This document shows positions 13,200 through 26,500 of a DNA stretch of 64,000 nucleotides, piece after piece. The position numbers and the translations under genes are program-made. How positions within the stretch are numbered: the first letter of the stretch is position 1; every line of letters starts with the position of its first letter. The notes under the pieces were generated by a model. That model saw only the letters and a list, made by a program, of their open reading frames with translations, was not told where the DNA came from and searched no databases. Source of the DNA: Auanema rhodensis (Eukaryota > Animalia > Nematoda); assembly GCA_964057225.1 (NCBI GenBank), contig OZ059897.1, positions 4,402,001 to 4,466,000 of the forward strand. Direction: 5' to 3'.

Positions 13200-16100
13200 T
13201 GAACCTATATCAGTTGATTACTCGGTGCATTTTTAAGCTAGCGCAAATCTGATAACACAGATCAACGCAGCTCAAAAATCCGCATCGAATGCACTATACT
13301 ACATTGAGAAACGCTCCATACAAAAATTAGTTATGATCGTTTGAAAAATAATGCATTAGTGTATGTTGAGTTCCCATGTACACTCAACATTGCTTCCAAA
13401 AACATTTTGACAAAAATTTTCCCGAAAAATTTCTGAATAATTTCACAAAAAGTAGATGTTTTTAGATTCTTTTTTTCAAGACGAATACGATGGACAATGT
13501 TTTTCAACGAAAAAATCATTTCTTCAGGGTGAAAATCGAGGATATAAGTGTGAACATATATCAGTTGATATCTCGGTGCATTTTTAAGCTAACTCAAATC
13601 TGATAACACAGATCGACGCAGCTTAAAAATCCGCATCGAATGCACTATACTACATTGAGAAACGCTCTATACAAAAATCAGTTATGATCGTTTGAAAAAT
13701 AATGCATTAGTGTATGCTGAGTTCCCATGTACACTCAACATTGCTTCCAAAAACATTGTGACAAAAATTTTCCCGAAAAATTTCTAAATAATTTCACAAA
13801 AAGTAGATGTTTTTAGATTCCTTTTTTCAAGACGAATACGATGGACAATGTTTTTCAACGAAAAAATTAATTCTTCAGGGTGAAAATCGAGGATATAAGT
13901 GTGAACCTATATCAGTTGATTACTCGGTGCATTTTTAAGCTAGCGCAAATCTGATAACACAGATCAACGCAGCTTAAAAATCCGCATCGAATGCACTATA
14001 CTACATTGAGAAACGCTCCATACAAAAATTAGTTATGATCGTTTAAAAAATAATGCATTAGTGTATGCTGAGTTCCCATGTACACTCAACATTGCTTCCA
14101 AAAACATTGTGACAAAAATTTTCCCGAAAAATTTCTAAATAATTTCACAAAAAGTAGATGTTTTTAGATTCCTTTTTTCAAGACGAATACGATGGACAAT
14201 GTTTTTCAACGAAAAAATCATTTCTTCAGGGTGAAAATCGAGGATATAAGTGTGAACATATATCAGTTGATATCTCGGTGCATTTTTAAGCTAACTCAAA
14301 TCTGATAACACAGATCGACGCAGCTTAAAAATCCGCATCGAATGCACTATACTACATTGAGAAACGCTCTATACAAAAATTAGTTATGATCGTTTGAAAA
14401 ATAATGCATTAGTGTATGCTGAGTTCCCATGTACACTCAACATTGCTTCCAAAAACATTGTGACAAAAATTTTCCCGAAAAATTTCTAAATAATTTCACA
14501 AAAAGTAGATGTTTTTAGATTCCTTTTTTCAAGACGAATACGATGGACAATATTTTTCAACGAAAAAATCATTTCTTCAGGGTGAAAATCGAGGATATAA
14601 GTGTGAACATATATCAGTTGATTACTCGGTGCATTTTTAAGCTAGCGCAAATCTGATAACACAGATCAACGCAACTCAAAAATCCGCATCGAATGCACTA
14701 TACTACATTGAGAAACGCTCTATACAAAAATTAGTTATGATCGTTTGAAAAATAATGCATTAGTGTATGCTGAGTTCCCATGTACACTCAACATTGCTTC
14801 CAAAAACATTGTGACAAAAATTTTCCCGAAAAATTTCTAAATAATTTCACAAAAAGTAGGAGTTTTTAGATTTCTTTTCTCAAGGCAAAGACGATGGACA
14901 ATGTTATTCAACGAAAAAATTAATTCTTCAGGGTGAAAATCGAGGATATAAGTGTGAACCTATATCAGTTGATTACTCGGTGCATTTTTAAGCTAGCGCA
15001 AATCTGATAACACAGATCAACGCAGCTCAAAAATCCGCATCGAATGCACTATACTACATTGAGAAACGCTCCATACAAAAATTAGTTATGATCGTTTGAA
15101 AAATAATGCATTAGTGTATGTTGAGTTCCCATGTACACTCAACATTGCTTCCAAAAACATTTTGACAAAAATTTTCCCGAAAAATTTCTGAATAATTTCA
15201 CAAAAAGTAGATGTTTTTAGATTCTTTTTTTCAAGACGAATACGATGGACAATGTTTTTCAACGAAAAAATCATTTCTTCAGGGTGAAAATCGAGGATAT
15301 AAGTGTGAACATATATCAGTTGATATCTCGGTGCATTTTTAAGCTAACTCAAATCTGATAACACAGATCGACGCAGCTTAAAAATCCGCATCGAATGCAC
15401 TATACTACATTGAGAAACGCTCTATACAAAAATCAGTTATGATCGTTTGAAAAATAATGCATTAGTGTATGCTGAGTTCCCATGTACACTCAACATTGCT
15501 TCCAAAAACATTGTGACAAAAATTTTCCCGAAAAATTTCTAAATAATTTCACAAAAAGTAGATGTTTTTAGATTCCTTTTTTCAAGACGAATACGATGGA
15601 CAATGTTTTTCAACGAAAAAATTAATTCTTCAGGGTGAAAATCGAGGATATAAGTGTGAACCTATATCAGTTGATTACTCGGTGCATTTTTAAGCTAGCG
15701 CAAATCTGATAACACAGATCAACGCAGCTTAAAAATCCGCATCGAATGCACTATACTACATTGAGAAACGCTCCATACAAAAATTAGTTATGATCGTTTA
15801 AAAAATAATGCATTAGTGTATGCTGAGTTCCCATGTACACTCAACATTGCTTCCAAAAACATTGTGACAAAAATTTTCCCGAAAAATTTCTAAATAATTT
15901 CACAAAAAGTAGATGTTTTTAGATTCCTTTTTTCAAGACGAATACGATGGACAATGTTTTTCAACGAAAAAATCATTTCTTCAGGGTGAAAATCGAGGAT
16001 ATAAGTGTGAACATATATCAGTTGATATCTCGGTGCATTTTTAAGCTAACTCAAATCTGATAACACAGATCGACGCAGCTTAAAAATCCGCATCGAATGC

Positions 16101-19000
16101 ACTATACTACATTGAGAAACGCTCTATACAAAAATTAGTTATGATCGTTTGAAAAATAATGCATTAGTGTATGCTGAGTTCCCATGTACACTCAACATTG
16201 CTTCCAAAAACATTGTGACAAAAATTTTCCCGAAAAATTTCTAAATAATTTCACAAAAAGTAGATGTTTTTAGATTCCTTTTTTCAAGACGAATACGATG
16301 GACAATATTTTTCAACGAAAAAATCATTTCTTCAGGGTGAAAATCGAGGATATAAGTGTGAACATATATCAGTTGATTACTCGGTGCATTTTTAAGCTAG
16401 CGCAAATCTGATAACACAGATCAACGCAACTCAAAAATCCGCATCGAATGCACTATACTACATTGAGAAACGCTCTATACAAAAATTAGTTATGATCGTT
16501 TGAAAAATAATGCATTAGTGTATGCTGAGTTCCCATGTACACTCAACATTGCTTCCAAAAACATTGTGACAAAAATTTTCCCGAAAAATTTCTAAATAAT
16601 TTCACAAAAAGTAGGAGTTTTTAGATTTCTTTTCTCAAGGCAAAGACGATGGACAATGTTATTCAACGAAAAAATTAATTCTTCAGGGTGAAAATCGAGG
16701 ATATAAGTGTGAACCTATATCAGTTGATTACTCGGTGCATTTTTAAGCTAGCGCAAATCTGATAACACAGATCAACGCAGCTCAAAAATCCGCATCGAAT
16801 GCACTATACTACATTGAGAAACGCTCTATACAAAAATTAGTTATGATCGTTTGAAAAATAATGCATTAGTGTATGCTGAGTTCCCATGTACACTCAACAT
16901 TGCTTCCAAAAACATTGTGACAAAAATTTTCCCGAAAAATTTCTAAATAATTTCACAAAAAGTAGATGTTTTTAGATTCCTTTTTTCAAGACGAATACGA
17001 TGGACAATGTTTTTCAACGAAAAAATCATTTCTTCAGGGTGAAAATCGAGGATATAAGTGTGAACATATATCAGTTGATATCTCGGTGCATTTTCAAGCT
17101 AACTCAAATCTGATAACACAGATCAACGCAGCTTAAAAATCCGCATCGAATGCACTATACTACATTGAGAAACGCTCCATACAAAAATTAGTTATGATCG
17201 TTTGAAAAATAATGCATTAGTGTATGTTGAGTTCCCATGTACACTCAACATTGCTTCCAAAAACATTTTGACAAAAATTTTCCCGAAAAATTTCTGAATA
17301 ATTTCACAAAAAGTAGATGTTTTTAGATTCTTTTTTTCAAGACGAATACGATGGACAATGTTTTTCAACGAAAAAATCATTTCTTCAGAGTGAAAATCGA
17401 GGATATAAGTGTGAACATATATCAGTTGATATCTCGGTGCATTTTTAAGCTAACTCAAATCTGATAACACAGATCGACGCAGCTTAAAAATCCGCATCGA
17501 ATGCACTATACTACATTGAGAAACGCTCTATACAAAAATTAGTTATGATCGTTTGAAAAATAATGCATTAGTGTATGCTGAGTTCCCATGTACACTCAAC
17601 ATTGCTTCCAAAAACATTGTGACAAAAATTTTCCCGAAAAATTTCTAAATAATTTCACAAAAAGTAGATGTTTTTAGATTCCTTTTTTCAAGACGAATAC
17701 GATGGACAATGTTTTTCAACGAAAAAATTAATTCTTCAGGGTGAAAATCGAGGATATAAGTGTGAACCTATATCAGTTGATTACTCGGTGCATTTTTAAG
17801 CTAGCGCAAATCTGATAACACAGATCAACGCAGCTTAAAAATCCGCATCGAATGCACTATACTACATTGAGAAACGCTCCATACAAAAATTAGTTATGAT
17901 CGTTTAAAAAATAATGCATTAGTGTATGCTGAGTTCCCATGTACACTCAACATTGCTTCCAAAAACATTGTGACAAAAATTTTCCCGAAAAATTTCTAAA
18001 TAATTTCACAAAAAGTAGATGTTTTTAGATTCCTTTTTTCAAGACGAATACGATGGACAATGTTTTTCAACGAAAAAATCATTTCTTCAGGGTGAAAATC
18101 GAGGATATAAGTGTGAACATATATCAGTTGATATCTCGGTGCATTTTTAAGCTAACTCAAATCTGATAACACAGATCAACGCAGCTCAAAAATCCGCATC
18201 GAATGCACTATACTACATTGAGAAACGCTCTATTTAAAAATTAGTTATGATCGTTTGAAAAATAATGCATTAGTGTATGCTGAGTTCCCATGTACACTCA
18301 ACATTGCTTCCAAAAACATTGTGACAAAAATTTTCCCGAAAAATTTCTAAATAATTTCACAAAAAGTAGATGTTTTTAGATTCCTTTTTTCAAGACGAAT
18401 ACGATGGACAATATTTTTCAACGAAAAAATCATTTCTTCAGGGTGAAAATCGAGGATATAAGTGTGAACATATATCAGTTGATTACTCGGTGCATTTTTA
18501 AGCTAGCGCAAATCTGATAACACAGATCAACGCAACTCAAAAATCCGCATCGAATGCACTATACTACATTGAGAAACGCTCTATACAAAAATTAGTTATG
18601 ATCGTTTGAAAAATAATGCATTAGTGTATGCTGAGTTCCCATGTACACTCAACATTGCTTCCAAAAACATTGTGACAAAAATTTTCCCGAAAAATTTCTA
18701 AATAATTTCACAAAAAGTAAGAGTTTTTAGATTTCTTTTCTCAAGGCAAAGACGATGGACAATGTTATTCAACGAAAAAATTAATTCTTCAGGGTGAAAA
18801 TCGAGGATATAAGTGTGAACCTATATCAGTTGATTACTCGGTGCATTTTTAAGCTAGCGCAAATCTGATAACACAGATCAACGCAGCTCAAAAATCCGCA
18901 TCGAATGCACTATACTACATTGAGAAACGCTCTATACAAAAATTAGTTATGATCGTTTGAAAAATAATGCATTAGTGTATGCTGAGTTCCCATGTACACT
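13200..19000 (-). repeat. Local 5-mer/6-mer higher-order repeat; boundaries approximate
   Basis: The variant cgtttAaaaaa occurs at 14045, 15800 and 17906 (spacings 1755 and 2106). The variant aaaatCagtt occurs at 13679 and 15434 (1755). Confidence 0.75.
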
Positions 19001-20484
19001 CAACATTGCTTCCAAAAACATTGTGACAAAAATTTTCCCGAAAAATTTCTAAATAATTTCACAAAAAGTAGATGTTTTTAGATTCCTTTTTTCAAGACGA
19101 ATACGATGGACAATGTTTTTCAACGAAAAAATCATTTCTTCAGGGTGAAAATCGAGGATATAAGTGTGAACATATATCAGTTGATATCTCGGTGCATTTT
19201 CAAGCTAACTCAAATCTGATAACACAGATCGACGCAGCTTAAAAATCCGCATCGAATGCACTATACTACATTGAGAAACGCTCTATACAAAAATTAGTTA
19301 TGATCGTTTGAAAAATAATGCATTAGTGTATGCTGAGTTCCCATGTACACTCAACATTGCTTCCAAAAACATTGTGACAAAAATTTTCCCGAAAAATTTC
19401 TAAATAATTTCACGAAAAGTAGGAGTTTTTAGATTTCTTTTTTCAAGGCAAAGACGATGGACAATGTTATTCAACGAAAAAATTAATTCTTCAGGGTGAA
19501 AATCGAGGATATAAGTGTGAACCTATATCAGTTGATTACTCGGTGCATTTTTAAGCTAGCGCAAATCTGATAACACAGATCAACGCAGCTTAAAAATCCG
19601 CATCGAATGCACTATACTACATTGAGAAACGCTCCATACAAAAATTAGTTATGATCGTTTGAAAAATAATGCATTAGTGTATGTTGAGTTCCCATGTACA
19701 CTCAACATTGCTTCCAAAAACATTTTGACAAAAATTTTCCCGAAAAATTTCTGAATAATTTCACAAAAAGTAGATGTTTTTAGATTCTTTTTTTCAAGAC
19801 GAATACGATGGACAATGTTTTTCAACGAAAAAATCATTTCTTCAGGGTGAAAATCGAGGATATAAGTGTGAACATATATCAGTTGATATCTCGGTGCATT
19901 TTTAAGCTAACTCAAATCTGATAACACAGATCAACGCAGCTCAAAAATCCGCATCGAATGCACTATACTACATTGAGAAACGCTCTATTTAAAAATTAGT
20001 TATGATCGTTTGAAAAATAATGCATTAGTGTATGCTGAGTTCCCATGTACACTCAACATTGCTTCCAAAAACATTGTGACAAAAATTTTCCCGAAAAATT
20101 TCTAAATAATTTCACAAAAAGTAGATGTTTTTAGATTCTTTTTTTCAAGACGAATACGATGGACAAGGTTTTTCAACGAAAAAATCATTTCTTCAGGGTG
20201 AAAATCGAGGATATAAGTGTGAACATATATCAGTTGATTACTCGGTGCATTTTTAAGCTAGCGCAAATCTGATAACACAGATCAACGCAGCTCAAAAATC
20301 CGCATCGAATGCACTATACTACATTGAGAAACGCTCTATTTAAAAATTAGTTATGATCGTTTGAAAAATAATGCATTAGTGTATGCTGAGTTCCCATGTA
20401 CACTCAACATTGCTTCCAAAAACATTGTGACAAAAATTTTCCCGAAAAATTTCTAAATAATTTCACAAAAAGTAGGAGTTTTTA

Positions 20485-20510
20485 AATTTCTTAACTCAAA
20501 AACTCAACAT
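20485..20510. other. Right orientation-switch junction with 8-bp filler (aactcaaa, 20493-20500)
   Basis: aaatttctt|aactcaaa|aactcaacat. The reverse monomer would continue ttctcaagg, and the forward monomer would be preceded by catggg, so the 8 bases belong to neither. Confidence 0.9.
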
Positions 20511-20599
20511 ACACTAATGCATTATTTTTCAAACGATCATAACTAATTTTTGTATGGAGCGTTTCTCAATGTAGTATAGTGCATTCGATGCGGATTTTT

Positions 20600-23500
20600 G
20601 AGCTGCGTTGATCTGTGTTATCAGATTTGCGCTAGCTTAAAAATGCACCGAGTAATCAACTGATATATGTTCACACTTATATCCTCGATTTTCACCCTGA
20701 AGAAATGATTTTTTCGTTGAAAAACATTGTCCATCGTATTCGTCTTGAAAAAAAGAATCTAAAAACATCTACTTTTTGTGAAATTATTTAGAAATTTTTC
20801 GGGAAAATTTTTGTCACAATGTTTTTGGAAGCAATGTTGAGTGTACATGGGAACTCAGCATACACTAATGCATTATTTTTCAAACAATCATAACTAATTT
20901 TTAAATAGAGCGTTTCTCAATGTAGTATAGTGCATTCGATGCGGATTTTTGAGCTGCGTTGATCTGTGTTATCAGATTTGAGTTAGCTTAAAAATGCACC
21001 GAGATATCGACTGATATATGTTCACACTTATATCCTCGATTTTCACCCTGAAGAAATGATTTTTTCGTTGAAAAACATTGTCCATCGTATTCGTCTTGAA
21101 AAAAAGAATCTAAAAACATCTACTTTTTGTGAAATTATTCAGAAATTTTTCGGGAAAATTTTTGTCAAAATGTTTTTGGAAGCAATGTTGAGTGTACATG
21201 GGAACTCAACATACACTAATGCATTATTTTTCAAACGATCATAACTAATTTTTGTATGGAGCGTTTCTCAATGTAGTATAGTGCATTCGATGCGGATTTT
21301 TAAGCTGCGTTGATCTGTGTTATCAGATTTGCGCTAGCTTAAAAATGCACCGAGTAATCAACTGATATAGGTTCACACTTATATCCTCGATTTTCACCCT
21401 GAAGAATTAATTTTTTCGTTGAATAACATTGTCCATCGTCTTTGCCTTGAAAAAAGAAATCTAAAAACTCCTACTTTTCGTGAAATTATTTGGAAATTTT
21501 TCGGGAAAATTTTTGTCACAATGTTTTTGGAAGCAATGTTGAGTGTACATGGGAACTCAGCATACACTAATGCATTATTTTTCAAACGATCATAACTAAT
21601 TTTTGTATAGAGCGTTTCTCAATGTAGTATAGTGCATTCGATGCGGATTTTTAAGCTGCGTCGATCTGTGTTATCAGATTTGAGTTAGCTTGAAAATGCA
21701 CCGAGATATCAACTGATATATGTTCACACTTATATCCTCGATTTTCACCCTGAAGAAATGATTTTTTCGTTGAAAAACATTGTCCATCGTATTCGTCTTG
21801 AAAAAAGGAATCTAAAAACATCTACTTTTTGTGAAATTATTTAGAAATTTTTCGGGAAAATTTTTGTCACAATGTTTTTGGAAGCAATGTTGAGTGTACA
21901 TGGGAACTCAGCATACACTAATGCATTATTTTTCAAACGATCATAACTAATTTTTGTATAGAGCGTTTCTCAATGTAGTATAGTGCATTCGATGCGGATT
22001 TTTAAGCTGCGTCGATCTGTGTTATCAGATTTGAGTTAGCTTAAAAATGCACCGAGATATCAACTGATATATGTTCACACTTATATCCTCGATTTTCACC
22101 CTGAAGAAATGATTTTTTCGTTGAAAAACATTGTCCATCGTATTCGTCTTGAAAAAAAGAATCTAAAAACATCTACTTTTTGTGAAATTATTCAGAAATT
22201 TTTCGGGAAAATTTTTGTCACAATGTTTTTGGAAGCAATGTTGAGTGTACATGGGAACTCAGCATACACTAATGCATTATTTTTCAAACGATCATAACTA
22301 ATTTTTGTATAGAGCGTTTCTCAATGTAGTATAGTGCATTCGATGCGGATTTTTGAGCTGCGTTGATCTGTGTTATCAGATTTGCGCTAGCTTAAAAATG
22401 CACCGAGTAATCAACTGATATATGTTCACACTTATATCCTCGATTTTCACCCTGAAGAAATGATTTTTTCGTTGAAAAATATTGTCCATCGTATTCGTCT
22501 TGAAAAAAGGAATCTAAAAACATCTACTTTTTGTGAAATTATTTAGAAATTTTTCGGGAAAATTTTTGTCACAATGTTTTTGGAAGCAATGTTGAGTGTA
22601 CATGGGAACTCAGCATACACTAATGCATTATTTTTCAAACGATCATAACTAATTTTTGTATAGAGCGTTTCTCAATGTAGTATAGTGCATTCGATGCGGA
22701 TTTTTAAGCTGCGTCGATCTGTGTTATCAGATTTGAGTTAGCTTAAAAATGCACCGAGATATCAACTGATATATGTTCACACTTATATCCTCGATTTTCA
22801 CCCTGAAGAAATGATTTTTTCGTTGAAAAATATTGTCCATCGTATTCGTCTTGAAAAAAGGAATCTAAAAACATCTACTTTTTGTGAAATTATTTAGAAA
22901 TTTTTCGGGAAAATTTTTGTCACAATGTTTTTGGAAGCAATGTTGAGTGTACATGGGAACTCAGCATACACTAATGCATTATTTTTCAAACGATCATAAC
23001 TAATTTTTGTATAGAGCGTTTCTCAATGTAGTATAGTGCATTCGATGCGGATTTTTAAGCTGCGTCGATCTGTGTTATCAGATTTGAGTTAGCTTAAAAA
23101 TGCACCGAGATATCAACTGATATATGTTCACACTTATATCCTCGATTTTCACCCTGAAGAAATGATTTTTTCGTTGAAAAACATTGTCCATCGTATTCGT
23201 CTTGAAAAAAGGAATCTAAAAACATCTACTTTTTGTGAAATTATTATGAAATTTTTCGGGAAAATTTTTGTCACAATGTTTTTGGAAGCAATGTTGAGTG
23301 TACATGGGAACTCAGCATACACTAATGCATTATTTTTCAAACGATCATAACTAATTTTTGTATAGAGCGTTTCTCAATGTAGTATAGTGCATTCGATGCG
23401 GATTTTTGAGCTGCGTTGATCTGTGTTATCAGATTTGCGCTAGCTTAAAAATGCACCGAGTAATCAACTGATATAGGTTCACACTTATATCCTCGATTTT

Positions 23501-26500
23501 CACCCTGAAGAATTAATTTTTTCGTTGAATAACATTGTCCATCGTCTTTGCCTTGAGAAAAGAAATCTAAAAACTCCTACTTTTTGTGAAATTATTTAGA
23601 AATTTTTCGGGAAAATTTTTGTCACAATGTTTTTGGAAGCAATGTTGAGTGTACATGGGAACTCAGCATACACTAATGCATTATTTTTCAAACGATCATA
23701 ACTAATTTTTGTATAGAGCGTTTCTCAATGTAGTATAGTGCATTCGATGCGGATTTTTAAGCTGCGTCGATCTGTGTTATCAGATTTGAGTTAGCTTAAA
23801 AATGCACCGAGATATCAACTGATATATGTTCACACTTATATCCTCGATTTTCACCCTGAAGAAATGATTTTTTCGTTGAAAAACATTGTCCATCGTATTC
23901 GTCTTGAAAAAAGGAATCTAAAAACATCTACTTTTTGTGAAATTATTTAGAAATTTTTCGGGAAAATTTTTGTCACAATGTTTTTGGAAGCAATGTTGAG
24001 TGTACATGGGAACTCAGCATACACTAATGCATTATTTTTCAAACGATCATAACTAATTTTTGTATAGAGCGTTTCTCAATGTAGTATAGTGCATTCGATG
24101 CGGATTTTTGAGCTGCGTTGATCTGTGTTATCAGATTTGCGCTAGCTTAAAAATGCACCGAGTAATCAACTGATATAGGTTCACACTTATATCCTCGATT
24201 TTCACCCTGAAGAATTAATTTTTTCGTTGAATAACATTGTCCATCGTCTTTGCCTTGAGAAAAGAAATCTAAAAACTCCTACTTTTTGTGAAATTATTTA
24301 GAAATTTTTCGGGAAAATTTTTGTCACAATGTTTTTGGAAGCAATGTTGAGTGTACATGGGAACTCAGCATACACTAATGCATTATTTTTCAAACGATCA
24401 TAACTAATTTTTGTATAGAGCGTTTCTCAATGTAGTATAGTGCATTCGATGCGGATTTTTGAGCTGCGTTGATCTGTGTTATCAGATTTGCGCTAGCTTA
24501 AAAATGCACCGAGTAATCAACTGATATATGTTCACACTTATATCCTCGATTTTCACCCTGAAGAAATGATTTTTTCGTTGAAAAACATTGTCCATCGTAT
24601 TCGTCTTGAAAAAAAGAATCTAAAAACATCTACTTTTTGTGAAATTATTTAGAAATTTTTCGGGAAAATTTTTGTCACAATGTTTTTGGAAGCAATGTTG
24701 AGTGTACATGGGAACTCAGCATACACTAATGCATTATTTTTCAAACAATCATAACTAATTTTTAAATAGAGCGTTTCTCAATGTAGTATAGTGCATTCGA
24801 TGCGGATTTTTGAGCTGCGTTGATCTGTGTTATCAGATTTGAGTTAGCTTAAAAATGCACCGAGATATCGACTGATATATGTTCACACTTATATCCTCGA
24901 TTTTCACCCTGAAGAAATGATTTTTTCGTTGAAAAACATTGTCCATCGTATTCGTCTTGAAAAAAGGAATCTAAAAACATCTACTTTTTGTGAAATTATT
25001 TAGAAATTTTTCGGGAAAATTTTTGTCACAATGTTTTTGGAAGCAATGTTGAGTGTACATGGGAACTCAGCATACACTAATGCATTATTTTTCAAACGAT
25101 CATAACTAATTTTTGTATAGAGCGTTTCTCAATGTAGTATAGTGCATTCGATGCGGATTTTTAAGCTGCGTCGATCTGTGTTATCAGATTTGAGTTAGCT
25201 TAAAAATGCACCGAGATATCAACTGATATATGTTCACACTTATATCCTCGATTTTCACCCTGAAGAAATGATTTTTTCGTTGAAAAACATTGTCCATCGT
25301 ATTCGTCTTGAAAAAAAGAATCTAAAAACATCTACTTTTTGTGAAATTATTCAGAAATTTTTCGGGAAAATTTTTGTCACAATGTTTTTGGAAGCAATGT
25401 TGAGTGTACATGGGAACTCAGCATACACTAATGCATTATTTTTCAAACGATCATAACTAATTTTTGTATAGAGCGTTTCTCAATGTAGTATAGTGCATTC
25501 GATGCGGATTTTTGAGCTGCGTTGATCTGTGTTATCAGATTTGCGCTAGCTTAAAAATGCACCGAGTAATCAACTGATATATGTTCACACTTATATCCTC
25601 GATTTTCACCCTGAAGAAATGATTTTTTCGTTGAAAAATATTGTCCATCGTATTCGTCTTGAAAAAAGGAATCTAAAAACATCTACTTTTTGTGAAATTA
25701 TTTAGAAATTTTTCGGGAAAATTTTTGTCACAATGTTTTTGGAAGCAATGTTGAGTGTACATGGGAACTCAGCATACACTAATGCATTATTTTTCAAACG
25801 ATCATAACTAATTTTTGTATAGAGCGTTTCTCAATGTAGTATAGTGCATTCGATGCGGATTTTTAAGCTGCGTCGATCTGTGTTATCAGATTTGAGTTAG
25901 CTTAAAAATGCACCGAGATATCAACTGATATATGTTCACACTTATATCCTCGATTTTCACCCTGAAGAAATGATTTTTTCGTTGAAAAATATTGTCCATC
26001 GTATTCGTCTTGAAAAAAGGAATCTAAAAACATCTACTTTTTGTGAAATTATTTAGAAATTTTTCGGGAAAATTTTTGTCACAATGTTTTTGGAAGCAAT
26101 GTTGAGTGTACATGGGAACTCAGCATACACTAATGCATTATTTTTCAAACGATCATAACTAATTTTTGTATAGAGCGTTTCTCAATGTAGTATAGTGCAT
26201 TCGATGCGGATTTTTAAGCTGCGTCGATCTGTGTTATCAGATTTGAGTTAGCTTAAAAATGCACCGAGATATCAACTGATATATGTTCACACTTATATCC
26301 TCGATTTTCACCCTGAAGAAATGATTTTTTCGTTGAAAAACATTGTCCATCGTATTCGTCTTGAAAAAAGGAATCTAAAAACATCTACTTTTTGTGAAAT
26401 TATTTAGAAATTTTTCGGGAAAATTTTTGTCACAATGTTTTTGGAAGCAATGTTGAGTGTACATGGGAACTCAGCATACACTAATGCATTATTTTTCAAA

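Larger units (their letters stand above)
4815..20492 (-). repeat. Inverted satellite block (15,678 bp, about 44.7 monomers)
   Basis: The reverse complement of the monomer runs from taactcaaatctgata (4815) to ...gagtttttaaatttctt (20492). The 62-aa ORFs flip to the minus strand (5258-19837). The length is 44x351+234, which fits the end phases (324 and 206) with no net indel. Confidence 0.97.

Noticed and set aside
4815-20500. TAACTCAAA at both ends read as the target-site duplication of a transposon
   Set aside because: The enclosed DNA is pure satellite with no terminal repeats or transposase. The left copy is ordinary monomer sequence, and the flanks are not contiguous in phase (253 versus 73).
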